This document shows, in pieces, positions 26,425-37,154 of a DNA stretch of 64,000 nt; position 1 is the first letter of the stretch, and the number at the start of each line of letters is the position of its first letter. The notes below the pieces were generated by a model. It saw only the letters and a program-made list of their open reading frames with translations. It had not been told where the DNA came from and ran no database searches. A program made the translations under genes and the position numbers. This DNA is from an uncultured Burkholderiales bacterium. GTDB lineage: Bacteria; Actinomycetota; Acidimicrobiia; IMCC26256; JAGPDB01. The stretch lies in assembly GCA_964516875.1 (NCBI GenBank), contig CAZFAO010000005.1, forward strand, positions 3,588-67,587, read 5' to 3'.

Positions 26425-26529
26425 ATATCTTCTCTGAAAAAAGCCGGAGGGTCCATAAAGGACATAAGGCACATTGTACTAGGCGGAAATGATCTGCGCA
26501 AAAACGGTTAGTACCTGTTCAGCAGCACT

Positions 26530-27462
26530 TTATGAAGTAGCTGCGCTCAACCATAAACCGTCCAACAGATCAGTACAACTCACCACAATCGACGGTAATT
26601 CAAAGTGGCGCATGATGGCCACGACGATTGCGGCGCCTGCAACAATCACATCTGCACGTTCAGGTTCAAGACCAGGATTATGTTTGCGATCTTCCAAGGT
26701 TTCTGTAGCGAGGGTGCGGAACACATCTTCGGCTGCTTCGCGCGTAAGAACGAACTGGTGAATTGCGTCAGCATCGAATTGCACCAAGCCAAGTTCGACA
26801 GCTGCGATTGTTGTCACTGTCGCTGCAACACCAACCCACGTTCGATTGTTCACAATTTCTGGAATCTCTAGTTGCACTTCTTTTAAATACTCACGAACTT
26901 CACTAATCACATTGGTGAGTTCTTCGGGTGCGGGAGGATCAGAGCGAATGTGACGGTTCGTCATCACGACACTTCCCAGCGGAATTGATTTCACTGTGGC
27001 ACATGTTTCAAAGTTCTTTGTATCGGACAAAGCAAATTCCGTCGATGCTCCACCAATATCAAAAACAACACTCGGCGTTTCGAGAGTCAATCCACTCATC
27101 GCACCCGCAAACGCAGTTTCGCCTTCTTGTTCACCTGAAATTACTTGAGCGCTTACGCCAAAATCAGTGCTCACATGTGCAATAAAATCAACACCATTTT
27201 TTGCTCGTCGGGCAGCTGCTGTTGCAAAAAGTGAAATGTTATCTTTTGTTGCACCACTGTCGATTGCGAGAGAAATAAAATCTGAAACCGCGTTGCGTGT
27301 TGCATCCATTGATTCATCGGACAACACGCCGGTTGCATCGAGACCTTTTCCTAAGCGGGTGATGCGAACATCACGGACAATATCGATGGTGGGATTATGA
27401 GTATCGCGAACAAGAACGCGCGTGGTGTTGCTTCCGATGTCGATAACGGCGATGATGGTCAT
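26530..27462 (-). CDS. ppx: Exopolyphosphatase / guanosine pentaphosphate phosphohydrolase family (Ppx/GppA)
   Basis: 310 aa. ASKHA-fold motifs VIDIGSNTTRVLV and VFDIGGASTEF. The ATG overlaps the upstream stop (ATGA). Confidence 0.85.
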   Translation of the reverse strand: MTIIAVIDIGSNTTRVLVRDTHNPTIDIVRDVRITRLGKGLDATGVLSDESMDATRNAVSDFISLAIDSGATKDNISLFATAAARRAKNGVDFIAHVSTDFGVSAQVISGEQEGETAFAGAMSGLTLETPSVVFDIGGASTEFALSDTKNFETCATVKSIPLGSVVMTNRHIRSDPPAPEELTNVISEVREYLKEVQLEIPEIVNNRTWVGVAATVTTIAAVELGLVQFDADAIHQFVLTREAAEDVFRTLATETLEDRKHNPGLEPERADVIVAGAAIVVAIMRHFELPSIVVSCTDLLDGLWLSAATS

Positions 27463-28040
27463 GGGAGATCCTTCGCTTCGCTCTGGATGACAGGGGAAGT
27501 GCTCCCGGTGACGGGGAAAGTGCTCCCGGTGTCAGGGGAAATGTGCGACTTTAGTTCGTCAATTTTATTCAATGTCCATTGCCCCACGGCATCATCACCC
27601 GAACCAAGAAGGTTGGCAACGTGGGTGTGAAGACATTTGAGACCTCGTCGCGTTCCTCCCACACCACCCGTGGGGCGAGGACCGTCATACGTGGGTGAAA
27701 TAAGAAAATCGCGCTGTTGCTCATAGTGATCGTGAATTTTCGCAATTGTGTCAAAATCAATTTCTTCTTGTGCAAGTTTGACCCCTCCCATACTTTCAAC
27801 TCGCGAAACATCAGCAACAAGTTGCTTATCAATCAACCAATAGCGCGTGGGCATGGGTGTCCCATCATTAAAAAACGGGGCGTTTTCAATCACCGTTGGT
27901 TGTGCATGTGCATCGCGCGCTGCGATACAAAATTCTCCTTGGGGAACTTTGCCTAAAAGATCAATAACCAATTCCCGCTCGGCAGAAGTTGGTTCAACCC
28001 ACGTATCGGGTTTTATCCACTGCGGCGATTCGAAAGACAT
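27459..28040 (-). CDS. DUF501 protein, C-terminus extended through a repeat array
   Basis: 193 aa in the conserved position between ftsB/divIC and ppx. GGVGGTRRGLKCLH is typical of DUF501. The last ~29 residues (SHISPDTGSTFPVTGSTSPVIQSEAKDLP) are encoded by repeat units 27463-27549. Confidence 0.75.
   Translation of the reverse strand: MSFESPQWIKPDTWVEPTSAERELVIDLLGKVPQGEFCIAARDAHAQPTVIENAPFFNDGTPMPTRYWLIDKQLVADVSRVESMGGVKLAQEEIDFDTIAKIHDHYEQQRDFLISPTYDGPRPTGGVGGTRRGLKCLHTHVANLLGSGDDAVGQWTLNKIDELKSHISPDTGSTFPVTGSTSPVIQSEAKDLP
27463..27549 (-). repeat. Dispersed repeat array (locus C): partial unit, two 21-nt short units, then a long unit
   Basis: The minus strand reads as follows. GTCGCACATTTCCCCT (27549-27534); GACACCGGGAGCACTTTCCCC (27533-27513); GTCACCGGGAGCACTTCCCCT (27512-27492); GTCATCCAGAGCGAAGCGAAGGATCTCCC (27491-27463). 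The last unit is 29/29 identical to 24453-24481. Confidence 0.8.
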
Positions 28041-28086
28041 AACGACTAGTTTTCCACAGACAGGGTCTTACCCTGGACGTGAACGA

Positions 28087-28413
28087 TTACGGTGCAGGTG
28101 CAACAGTTGAAGGAACAGTGGTGGCCTGGCCAGACACAATGTATGCTTCTTCACCGGGCTTGACGAGATGATACTGCTCGCGTGCGATTCGCTCAATTTC
28201 AGAATCGGTCGAAAGACCTTTGCGCTCTTGTCTCATTTTCTCATTTGCTTCTTGCAAAACGGTGAGTCGATGACGCTCGAGTTTTTCTTCTTGACTCTGC
28301 GCATAATATCCCTGGATTGGATATACATAAATAAACATCACAGCAACGACAGTGACGACAACAAGTACACAACCAATGACGGTACGTTTGCGAAGATCAG
28401 CTGCGGTATTCAT
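28087..28413 (-). CDS. Septum formation initiator (FtsB/DivIC-like)
   Basis: 108 aa with a single TM and a coiled coil. IAREQYHLVKPGEEAY is typical of the family, and the position next to eno is conserved. Confidence 0.75.
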   Translation of the reverse strand: MNTAADLRKRTVIGCVLVVVTVVAVMFIYVYPIQGYYAQSQEEKLERHRLTVLQEANEKMRQERKGLSTDSEIERIAREQYHLVKPGEEAYIVSGQATTVPSTVAPAP

Positions 28414-28442
28414 GAGGTGTATATCTTATTGACTCGCCACAC

Positions 28443-30133
<1,691 letters not shown>

Positions 30134-30142
30134 GGTTATCCA

Positions 30143-30165
30143 TTTCCAGGGCCTGGCCCTGGAAA
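30143..30165. repeat. Palindromic hairpin element at the PPIase/mazG junction
   Basis: TTTCCAGGGCC-T-GGCCCTGGAAA is a perfect palindrome with 11-nt arms. It lies 1 nt after the PPIase stop and 9 nt before the mazG ATG. It has the same architecture and flank (..AAATGGA) as the elements at 61635 and 61709. Confidence 0.7.
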
Positions 30166-30166
30166 G

Positions 30167-31264
30167 TTACGTTGCGGGTACAGTCGCTGAGGTTGTGAGT
30201 TCATCGATTTCTGGAATAGTGGTTGACGTCGTTGTTGTATCTGTGGACAACGGAACAATCTTGGGAAGTTCGTCCTCGTCTACGGTGACTTTACCGTATT
30301 TTTTCAATACGGTAACTTTCGCCTTTTTCAAACTCGTCTGCACTTGATCGAACAATTTTGTTTGCTTTTCTGGTTCCAGTGCTTCTCTAATTGAATCTTT
30401 GGATTCTTTCAATGTGGGAGGAACATACTTCGTTGCTTTGAGAATGTGGAAACCATATTCTGTTTCCACGATTTCAGAAACAGCACCAATCTGCAATGCT
30501 GCTGCAGCGCGTTCAAATTCTGCAACAAAGTTCCCCGGCGTATAGCACCCAAGGCTTCCGCCTGAATCTTTTGAACCAGGATCGATGGAGTTTTTCTCTG
30601 CCAATTTTGCAAAGTCTTCCCCGTCATCGATCTGCTTTTTTAGTTTTTTTGCCTTTGCTTCATCTTCGGAGCTGACAAGAATATGCGAGATCGTTTTGCC
30701 TGAGTCACACGCCGGCGCAATTGTATCTTGGTTTTCTTCAAAGTATTTTTTTATTTCAGCATCTGTAACTTCTGGAGCAGCTCGCAAGAGTGCATATTGT
30801 TCAGCAAAACTTTCAATCAAACTATTTTGAAATGACTTGGGGAAAGCATCCCAGATTTCATCAGTTTGAGTTTGTTCTTGGCCTGCGAACAAATTCTTTG
30901 CATCTTCCTTTGCAGATTTTTTATCTGCAGAAGTGATTTTCATTTTGTTCTTAATTCGAACTTCTTTAATAGCGAGAGAACGCATCCGAATATTTGCCCA
31001 ACTTGCGCGGTACGTATCGCTAAGTTTGTCGTCTTTCACAAGTGGCTCATCTTCACTATCGAGCATATCTACCAACGGCTCGTTCTTGGCAAGCGCTTTC
31101 ATATCTGAATCGAGATCAGCTTCACTGATAGAAAGTTTGTTGTACGTCAACCCTGCCTTGTCCGAAAGACCTAATTCGTTTCTTATTGTTCCACAGGAGG
31201 AAAAGACGAGAACCATTGAACAGGCAATAGCTGAGATGAGAATAATTTTATGTAGTGATTTCAC
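30167..31264 (-). CDS. Parvulin-type peptidyl-prolyl isomerase lipoprotein (PrsA/SurA-like)
   Basis: Signal plus lipobox-like VFSSC. PPIC rotamase domain (ISHILVSSEDEAK...GGSLGCYTPGNFVAEFE...EYGFHILKAT). Thr-rich C-terminal tail. Confidence 0.8.
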   Translation of the reverse strand: MKSLHKIILISAIACSMVLVFSSCGTIRNELGLSDKAGLTYNKLSISEADLDSDMKALAKNEPLVDMLDSEDEPLVKDDKLSDTYRASWANIRMRSLAIKEVRIKNKMKITSADKKSAKEDAKNLFAGQEQTQTDEIWDAFPKSFQNSLIESFAEQYALLRAAPEVTDAEIKKYFEENQDTIAPACDSGKTISHILVSSEDEAKAKKLKKQIDDGEDFAKLAEKNSIDPGSKDSGGSLGCYTPGNFVAEFERAAAALQIGAVSEIVETEYGFHILKATKYVPPTLKESKDSIREALEPEKQTKLFDQVQTSLKKAKVTVLKKYGKVTVDEDELPKIVPLSTDTTTTSTTIPEIDELTTSATVPAT

Positions 31265-31268
31265 TTTC

Positions 31269-34200
31269 CTAGGCTACTTCACTGCTCTCGAACAAGTCGG
31301 CAATGAGCGTTGTTAAATGAGGAGCGTCGTTGCGGCCCTCACCAAGAGTCACAACTATTTCAGCGGGGCCAAGTGCATGGGCAGGTTTATAAAGAGCCCC
31401 TGGGTACAAACGCTTCAACCGAACCTGGAGAGATTGAGGTAACTCGACGCCTATCAGACGGAACGCGCCCCGATTCGTGACGATAGAAGAAATGCCCACC
31501 TCCTGGCATGCAATCCGCAGATGGGTGATATCAATAAGCGTAGATGCAACATCGGGTAATGGGCCAAAACGATCGACGAGTTCCTCTTTAATTGCTTGGA
31601 CATCGTGATGTGTTTTAGTCGTCGAGAGTCGTCGATAAATATCGAAACGGTGATCTTGCTTAGTCACATAGTCGTTCGGGATAAGTGCGTCGCCCGGAAC
31701 ATCGATGGTGATCTCTTTGATTTCCTCGCGCTCTTTTCCGTTGAGTTGGTCGATAGCTTCGGTCACCATTTCGCAATACAAATCGAATCCAACAGCAGCA
31801 ATGTGCCCGGACTGCACATCACCAAGCAATGAACCTGCGCCACGAATTTCAAGATCACGCATCGCAATTTTAAAACCAGAACCCAGTTCGGTAAATTCTC
31901 CGATTGTTTTCAAACGTTCGTAAGCCTCATGTGAAAGCGCTTGGTTCTTGGGAGAAAACAAATATGCGTATGCGCGCTGGCCTCGCCGCCCGACACGACC
32001 ACGCAGTTGATAGAGTTGCGCCAAACCTAAAGCGTCGGCGCGATCAACAATCAGAGTATTAACTGCCGGTAGATCGAGACCACTTTCAACAATCGTTGTT
32101 GCAATCAGCACATCATATTTACGTTCATAAAAATCATCAACAATTTTTTCTAACCGATTTTCTGCCATCTGACCATGCGCTGTGACGACGCGCGCTTCGG
32201 GAACGAGATCGCGGATGGAATCAGCAACGTGTTCTAAGTCGCGCACCCGATTGTGGATGAAAAACACTTGCCCCTCACGCAAGAGTTCGCGCCGAATTGC
32301 TTCAGCCACTGCCCGCTCATCGTATTCATGAACATAGGTTAATATCGGCTGGCGATCCGCTGGTGGCGTAGTAATCATCGACATATCGCGAATTCCAGTA
32401 AGCGACATTTCGAGCGTGCGAGGAATTGGCGTTGCGGTGAGCGTCAGAACATCGACATTGGTCGCAAACTTTTTAATCGATTCCTTATGCGTCACGCCAA
32501 AGCGCTGTTCTTCATCGACAACTAATAAACCAAGATTTTTGAACGTGATGTCTTGCGACAAAAGTCGATGCGTCCCCACGACAACATCAACCGTTCCATC
32601 TTTCAGTCCATCTAAAACTTCTCGTTGTTCTTTTGCTGTTTTAAATCGCGATAAAACTTCAACGCGCAATCCAAACGATGAAAAACGTTGTTCAAATGTG
32701 TGACCATGTTGAGTTGCAAGAAGTGTCGTAGGTACGAGAATGGCCACCTGTTTGGAATCTTGCGTGGCTTTAAATGCAGCGCGTAATGCAACTTCGGTTT
32801 TTCCGAATCCCACATCGCCGCACACCAATCGATCCATAGGATGATCAAGTTCCATGTCTCGCTTAACATCTTCAATAGTATTTTTTTGATCGAGTGTTAA
32901 TTCATAGGGAAAAAGATCTTCCATTTCTTTTTGCCATGCAGTGTCAGACGAAAACGCAAAGCCTGTTGCATGGAGTCGCTTGCGATATAACACGACGAGT
33001 TCTTGCGCAATGAGATTGACTTGGCGCCGAACAGAACTTCGCGTCTTTTCAAAGTCAGCTCCCCCCAAGCGGTTCAGCGTGGGCTTGTCACCGCCAATAT
33101 ATTTTCGGACAAGTCCTACCTGGTCAGAGGGCACAAACAGTTTGTCGCTGCCCTTAAACGAGAGGATGAGATATTCGCGCGTGACTCCCACCATTGTTTT
33201 TGTTTCGAGTCCGTCGAAAATGCCCACGCCATGATGATGGTGCACCACAAAATCCCCTGGAGCTAAATCGTCGTAAGTCTGAATCGAGCGACGCGACCCA
33301 CGTTGCGTTCGACGGACATGTCGATGACCGGCGAGTTCGTGATCGGTAATGATGGAAATGCCCAGCGTTGAACAGATGACGCCGTGTTCAATATCGGCAA
33401 CAACGCCATAGAGTGCATCGCTTGGTTTATTCGGAACATTTTCGACAGGTGTGAGCGTGACTCCATATTCACCAAGTTGATTCGCCATGCGAGAAATTCC
33501 CGCTACCGAATCAGAAACAAGAACAGTTGTCGTGTTGCCACTGGCATGAGTTTTTAATCGGCGCGCAAGTTCTTCGTTATCTCCTCGCGGTGTATCGAAT
33601 CCGACTCCCGTGATGACAGGCACATCAGGTGACGGTGCCACCGACGGCCAGAGCGTGATTGCGTGTTTGCGTAAAACATCTTCGAGATCAACGAACAAAC
33701 TTGGTGCATCCGTGACAGGTGCATCCCACGTGATCGATAGTGTTTCAGCCAACGATGTTTCTTCCTCACGAAGTTCGTTCATTCGATGCGACGCCGCGGT
33801 CGGATCACAAAGAATTACTTTGTCATCAGCTCCGATTAGGCCAAGAAATCCGCTGGTATCACTGGTTAAAAAGGGAAGAAACGATTCCATTCCGTCAAAC
33901 ACACGACCTTCAGAAATGGAAATAAAAGATTCGCTCGCCCACGGATACGTTTCTGCAAGAGTCGCTGCACGTTTTTTAAATTCGTCATTGAGAATAAGTT
34001 CTCGCGCGGGGTAAATAGAAATCGATTCACATGGGCCACTCGAGCGTTGGTCCGCAATAGAAAAGTGCGACAGTCGCTCAATCGTGTCTCCCCACAGCTC
34101 GATGCGAATCGGATGTGCAGATGTTGAGGGGAAAATATCGATGATAGAACCACGGACTGCGCATTCTCCACGCGCTTCGACTTGGAATTCGCGTGAATAA

Positions 34201-34697
34201 CCACTTCCTACAAATCGAGCAACAAGTTCATCACGATCGAACTCGGCACCTTGATGCAAATGCGTTGCATGGAAATCTTGCGAGTCGAGAATCTTTTGAA
34301 TTGCAGCGCGCACAGACGCAACGACAATTTTTGGGCGATCACTACTGCCCATTCGAGATTGCACACGAGCTCGATGTCCCATAGTTTCGATTCCCGGGCT
34401 CACCCGTTCAAACGGCAGCGTTTCCCACGCAGGTAAAAGTTCGACATTACGTGCATCAACAAAAGCAGCGAGGTCTCCCGCGAGCGATTCAGCTTCGGAA
34501 TGAGTGGGTGTGATGATAACTGTTGTTGCATCATGTGTGAACTGCGCAACAACGGCAGAGCACAACGCGCGCGAGCGTGTGGGGACAACGAGTGTGTCGC
34601 CGCTACTTAAACGAATCGGATCCGATAGTGAAGATGAGCATAGCTCCGCCACAACATTGGCAAAGGGCGCCACGTTTGTTTCGCTCACTGGCATCAA
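31269..34697 (-). CDS. mfd: Transcription-repair coupling factor
   Basis: 1142 aa. UvrB-homology N-terminus, RNAP-interacting domain (HHHHGVGIF), and SF2 translocase motifs GDVGFGKTEVALRAA, DEEQRFG and LRGRVGR. Confidence 0.95.
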   Translation of the reverse strand: MMPVSETNVAPFANVVAELCSSSLSDPIRLSSGDTLVVPTRSRALCSAVVAQFTHDATTVIITPTHSEAESLAGDLAAFVDARNVELLPAWETLPFERVSPGIETMGHRARVQSRMGSSDRPKIVVASVRAAIQKILDSQDFHATHLHQGAEFDRDELVARFVGSGYSREFQVEARGECAVRGSIIDIFPSTSAHPIRIELWGDTIERLSHFSIADQRSSGPCESISIYPARELILNDEFKKRAATLAETYPWASESFISISEGRVFDGMESFLPFLTSDTSGFLGLIGADDKVILCDPTAASHRMNELREEETSLAETLSITWDAPVTDAPSLFVDLEDVLRKHAITLWPSVAPSPDVPVITGVGFDTPRGDNEELARRLKTHASGNTTTVLVSDSVAGISRMANQLGEYGVTLTPVENVPNKPSDALYGVVADIEHGVICSTLGISIITDHELAGHRHVRRTQRGSRRSIQTYDDLAPGDFVVHHHHGVGIFDGLETKTMVGVTREYLILSFKGSDKLFVPSDQVGLVRKYIGGDKPTLNRLGGADFEKTRSSVRRQVNLIAQELVVLYRKRLHATGFAFSSDTAWQKEMEDLFPYELTLDQKNTIEDVKRDMELDHPMDRLVCGDVGFGKTEVALRAAFKATQDSKQVAILVPTTLLATQHGHTFEQRFSSFGLRVEVLSRFKTAKEQREVLDGLKDGTVDVVVGTHRLLSQDITFKNLGLLVVDEEQRFGVTHKESIKKFATNVDVLTLTATPIPRTLEMSLTGIRDMSMITTPPADRQPILTYVHEYDERAVAEAIRRELLREGQVFFIHNRVRDLEHVADSIRDLVPEARVVTAHGQMAENRLEKIVDDFYERKYDVLIATTIVESGLDLPAVNTLIVDRADALGLAQLYQLRGRVGRRGQRAYAYLFSPKNQALSHEAYERLKTIGEFTELGSGFKIAMRDLEIRGAGSLLGDVQSGHIAAVGFDLYCEMVTEAIDQLNGKEREEIKEITIDVPGDALIPNDYVTKQDHRFDIYRRLSTTKTHHDVQAIKEELVDRFGPLPDVASTLIDITHLRIACQEVGISSIVTNRGAFRLIGVELPQSLQVRLKRLYPGALYKPAHALGPAEIVVTLGEGRNDAPHLTTLIADLFESSEVA

Positions 34698-34758
34698 GAA
34701 TAGTGGCTGCGTATTGTGAGCGCGCCTTGTGTCAGACAGAAATGCAGCGGCGGAAAAT

Positions 34759-34815
34759 CTCCGTGAGCGTACGTTTTAGCCGCGGATTCCGCTGCCTCTG
34801 GCAGCCATCACGGAG
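34759..34815 (-). terminator. Structured element/terminator-like hairpin between pth and mfd
   Basis: CTCCGTGA (34759-34766) pairs with TCACGGAG (34808-34815) and encloses an inner GCTGCC/GGCAGC stem. On the minus strand it begins 2 nt after the pth stop and is followed by AUUUUCC. Confidence 0.4.
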
Positions 34816-34817
34816 AA

Positions 34818-35384
34818 TTAGGCGCTGTGGAAGACGCGCATCGCGGCGTCGAGAGAATCTGAAACAATCATCTCGATTGCATCGGCAGCTTTTTCACACG
34901 CGATGTCAACAACTTCAAGTTCTTTTTTCGACATCGGTTTGAGAACATGGTTAGCGCCGTGAGTTTTATGCGTGGGCTTATCGATACCGATACGCACGCG
35001 AATGAAATCTTGATTTTTGAGATGTTGCTTAATCGAACGCAAACCATTATGGCCCGCCAAGCCTCCACCGACCTTGAGCCGAACGTCGCCCAATTCAAGA
35101 TCGAGTTCATCGTGCACAACAATGATCTGGCTGGAATCGAGTTTGTACCGTCGAGCAATCTCACCCACTGCAACACCTGAATCGTTCATGTAAGTTGTCG
35201 ATTCTGCAAGAAGAACTTTGTGTCCTGCAATTGTGACTGTTGCACCAAGCGATGATGATGTCTCTTTTGAAAGTTGTGTACCTGATCGCGCGCACAAAAT
35301 ATCGATCACTTCAAAGCCAACGTTATGTCGCGTATGAACATATTCTTTCCCGGGATTACCGAGACCGACAACGAGAAATTCCAC
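34818..35384 (-). CDS. pth: Peptidyl-tRNA hydrolase
   Basis: 188 aa. VVGLGNPGKEY, TRHNVGF and GHNGLRSI motifs. Confidence 0.93.
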   Translation of the reverse strand: MEFLVVGLGNPGKEYVHTRHNVGFEVIDILCARSGTQLSKETSSSLGATVTIAGHKVLLAESTTYMNDSGVAVGEIARRYKLDSSQIIVVHDELDLELGDVRLKVGGGLAGHNGLRSIKQHLKNQDFIRVRIGIDKPTHKTHGANHVLKPMSKKELEVVDIACEKAADAIEMIVSDSLDAAMRVFHSA

Positions 35385-35448
35385 AGTTACTTAGACTACT
35401 TCGAGAGTGCAGCTGGGTTGAGTTAGCGCTGCACCCAAAGACGAGAAA

Positions 35449-36111
35449 CTACTCTTTTGTTTCAGCAGCAGGAGCGGCACCTTCAGCGGGCGCTCCAGCT
35501 TCGGCTTCAGCGGCCAATGCTTCAGCTGCTTCGGCTGCTTCTTCCTCTTCAGTCTTACCGCGAGGAACAGAAACAACAGCAAGAACAGTTTCAGGTTCAA
35601 TTTCAGATGTCACGCCAGAAGGAAGTGTGATGTCACTCATGTGAAGCGATGAACCCAGCGCCAAGTCGGAAATGTCATACGAGATAGAAACAGGAATGTC
35701 AGCAGGCTTTGCTTTGACCGTAAGGTTGAAGTTGATCTGCTCAAGACGTCCACCGTCTTTCACACCCACTGCTTCACCTTCAAGGTGGAGAGGAACTTCA
35801 GCAACAACTTCTTCGTTCACATTCACGCGAATGAAATCCACATGAGTAATCACGGGACGAGTTGGGTGACGACGAATCTGACGAGCTAATGCTGTATCTT
35901 TCTTGCCGTCGATGTCGAGAGTAATCAACGTGTTAGCACCTGTTTCGCTTGCAAGAATACGACTGAAATCGTGTGCGTTAACCGTTACGGAGAGAGTATC
36001 GTCACCGTGCCCGTACACAACTGCAGGAACAAGACCTGCTTTGCGGTCGCGGCGTGCATTGGCAGAACCGAGCTTGGTTCGTAAATTTGCTTTGAGATTG
36101 GTCGTTGCCAT
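35449..36111 (-). CDS. rplY: 50S ribosomal protein L25 (Ctc form) with Ala/Glu-rich tail
   Basis: 220 aa. RKAGLVPAVVYG and HPTRPVITHVDF motifs, with the two-domain Ctc layout. Confidence 0.93.
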   Translation of the reverse strand: MATTNLKANLRTKLGSANARRDRKAGLVPAVVYGHGDDTLSVTVNAHDFSRILASETGANTLITLDIDGKKDTALARQIRRHPTRPVITHVDFIRVNVNEEVVAEVPLHLEGEAVGVKDGGRLEQINFNLTVKAKPADIPVSISYDISDLALGSSLHMSDITLPSGVTSEIEPETVLAVVSVPRGKTEEEEAAEAAEALAAEAEAGAPAEGAAPAAETKE

Positions 36112-36240
36112 TTTGTACCTTTGTTTGGTGGTCTGCCTACGACATATAACAAGGCAGTATCCGTTTTTGTGAACTCTCTATTCTGCTCGAAATTGCTGTC
36201 TCGACGCCAGTTGATCGCAAATATCCCTTTAGCCGCATCT

Positions 36241-36260
36241 GTGCGCGGATCAGACCCGCT
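36241..36260. repeat. Direct repeat, left copy, flanking the 36250..37083 ORF
   Basis: GTGCGCGGATCAGACCCGCT matches 19/20 with 37118-37137, and 23/26 if extended 6 nt to the left. It contains the ORF's stop codon (TGA, complement of 36250-36252). Confidence 0.8.
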
Positions 36261-37083
36261 CGTGGTTGCGATATTCAAACCGCGTGAAGGGTCTATACCC
36301 TTCTACTGCCGGATTACTGTGCGTTGTATCTTTTGAATCCCATAGGGCCACTTGTCCATCTGCTGGAGAATGAACTTCCCCGAAGGGTATGTTGCGCCCA
36401 TCTTCGGATTCGCCAATGTCGAGTCTGCGTATAGGTGCTTCATTTCCTCGTAATACAGGAACAGCCCTCTCTGCGAACATCGTGGGTTGTGGGGAATCAG
36501 AAACATAGATATCACCAATGCCATCATTCATCACACCTATGCCATCGTTGTGAAAACTTTGATCTAACGCGTGAGTTTTGAATGTCATGAGTACCTTCAC
36601 AAGATTCTTTGGCGATTCAATAACGGGCGCGCCTGGACGATTGGGATCGTGAGAAGGACTTTTTCTTTGTTGAGTAACTACTGCGGTATTGAAATCTGTA
36701 ACGGCTGTGACGAAATCATTGATCGGACCGCGCATACCCTCGGGAATTGGTGCAACATCACGACGTTTAAAGACTCGTGGAGAACGATAACGACTAAATA
36801 CGTCACCTTGCTGAACTAATACACGAATGGCGTCTTGCCTCACAGTTATGCGAGTCGCCATAGTTTCAGCAGTATTCGAACGACCGTCAATGCGTCCTTG
36901 GATCAAAGGAAAATTAGATGTCCCTCCCCGATCAGCGTACTGACCCGATTTGAGAATGAGCTTGTGTGCTGATCGCTGCAAGTTTTCGCGGAGTACAGGA
37001 TCAAGGGGAAGAAAAGAAAAATTGTTGAAGTGGCGCGCAGGAATGTTGGGAACGACGGGAGAAAAACGCGCGCTAGCCATCAC
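36250..37083 (-). CDS. Hypothetical protein of unknown function inserted between prs and rplY
   Basis: 277-codon ORF (GTG 37083 or ATG 37080) with no SD, no TM or signal, and no Cys. It contains a repeated NDGIG motif. No family was recognised. Confidence 0.55.
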   Translation of the reverse strand: MMASARFSPVVPNIPARHFNNFSFLPLDPVLRENLQRSAHKLILKSGQYADRGGTSNFPLIQGRIDGRSNTAETMATRITVRQDAIRVLVQQGDVFSRYRSPRVFKRRDVAPIPEGMRGPINDFVTAVTDFNTAVVTQQRKSPSHDPNRPGAPVIESPKNLVKVLMTFKTHALDQSFHNDGIGVMNDGIGDIYVSDSPQPTMFAERAVPVLRGNEAPIRRLDIGESEDGRNIPFGEVHSPADGQVALWDSKDTTHSNPAVEGYRPFTRFEYRNHERV

Positions 37084-37117
37084 ACTAGTCTAGCGTTTTG
37101 TCCGTTTTACGGCAAAT

Positions 37118-37137
37118 GTGGGCGGATCAGACCCGCT
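37118..37137. repeat. Direct repeat, right copy
   Basis: GTGGGCGGATCAGACCCGCT, followed by an extra GACCCGCTA iteration (37130-37150). It lies between the prs stop (37155) and the ORF start. Confidence 0.8.
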
Positions 37138-37154
37138 AACCGACCCGCTATCCG

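Noticed and set aside
27492-27549. Short tandem 21-nt units that superficially resemble a mini-CRISPR or minisatellite
   Set aside because: There are only ~2.5 contiguous units with no spacers and no cas genes. They lie in frame inside the DUF501 ORF and belong to the dispersed GTCAYC repeat family.
35240-35644. Plus-strand ORF 35240..35644 and minus ORF 35391..35600 over the pth/rplY junction
   Set aside because: They are antisense or off-frame readings of the Ala/Glu-rich tail of L25 (GCN/GAR repeats), not independent genes.
36250-37083. ADP-ribosyltransferase, RES, HEPN or TNT-type toxin assignment for the 277-aa ORF
   Set aside because: Candidate R / S-x-S / E-x-E residues (YRSPR, VSDS, ESE) have the wrong spacing. 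The R-x5-H at the extreme C-terminus is not convincing. No antitoxin-like partner is present.
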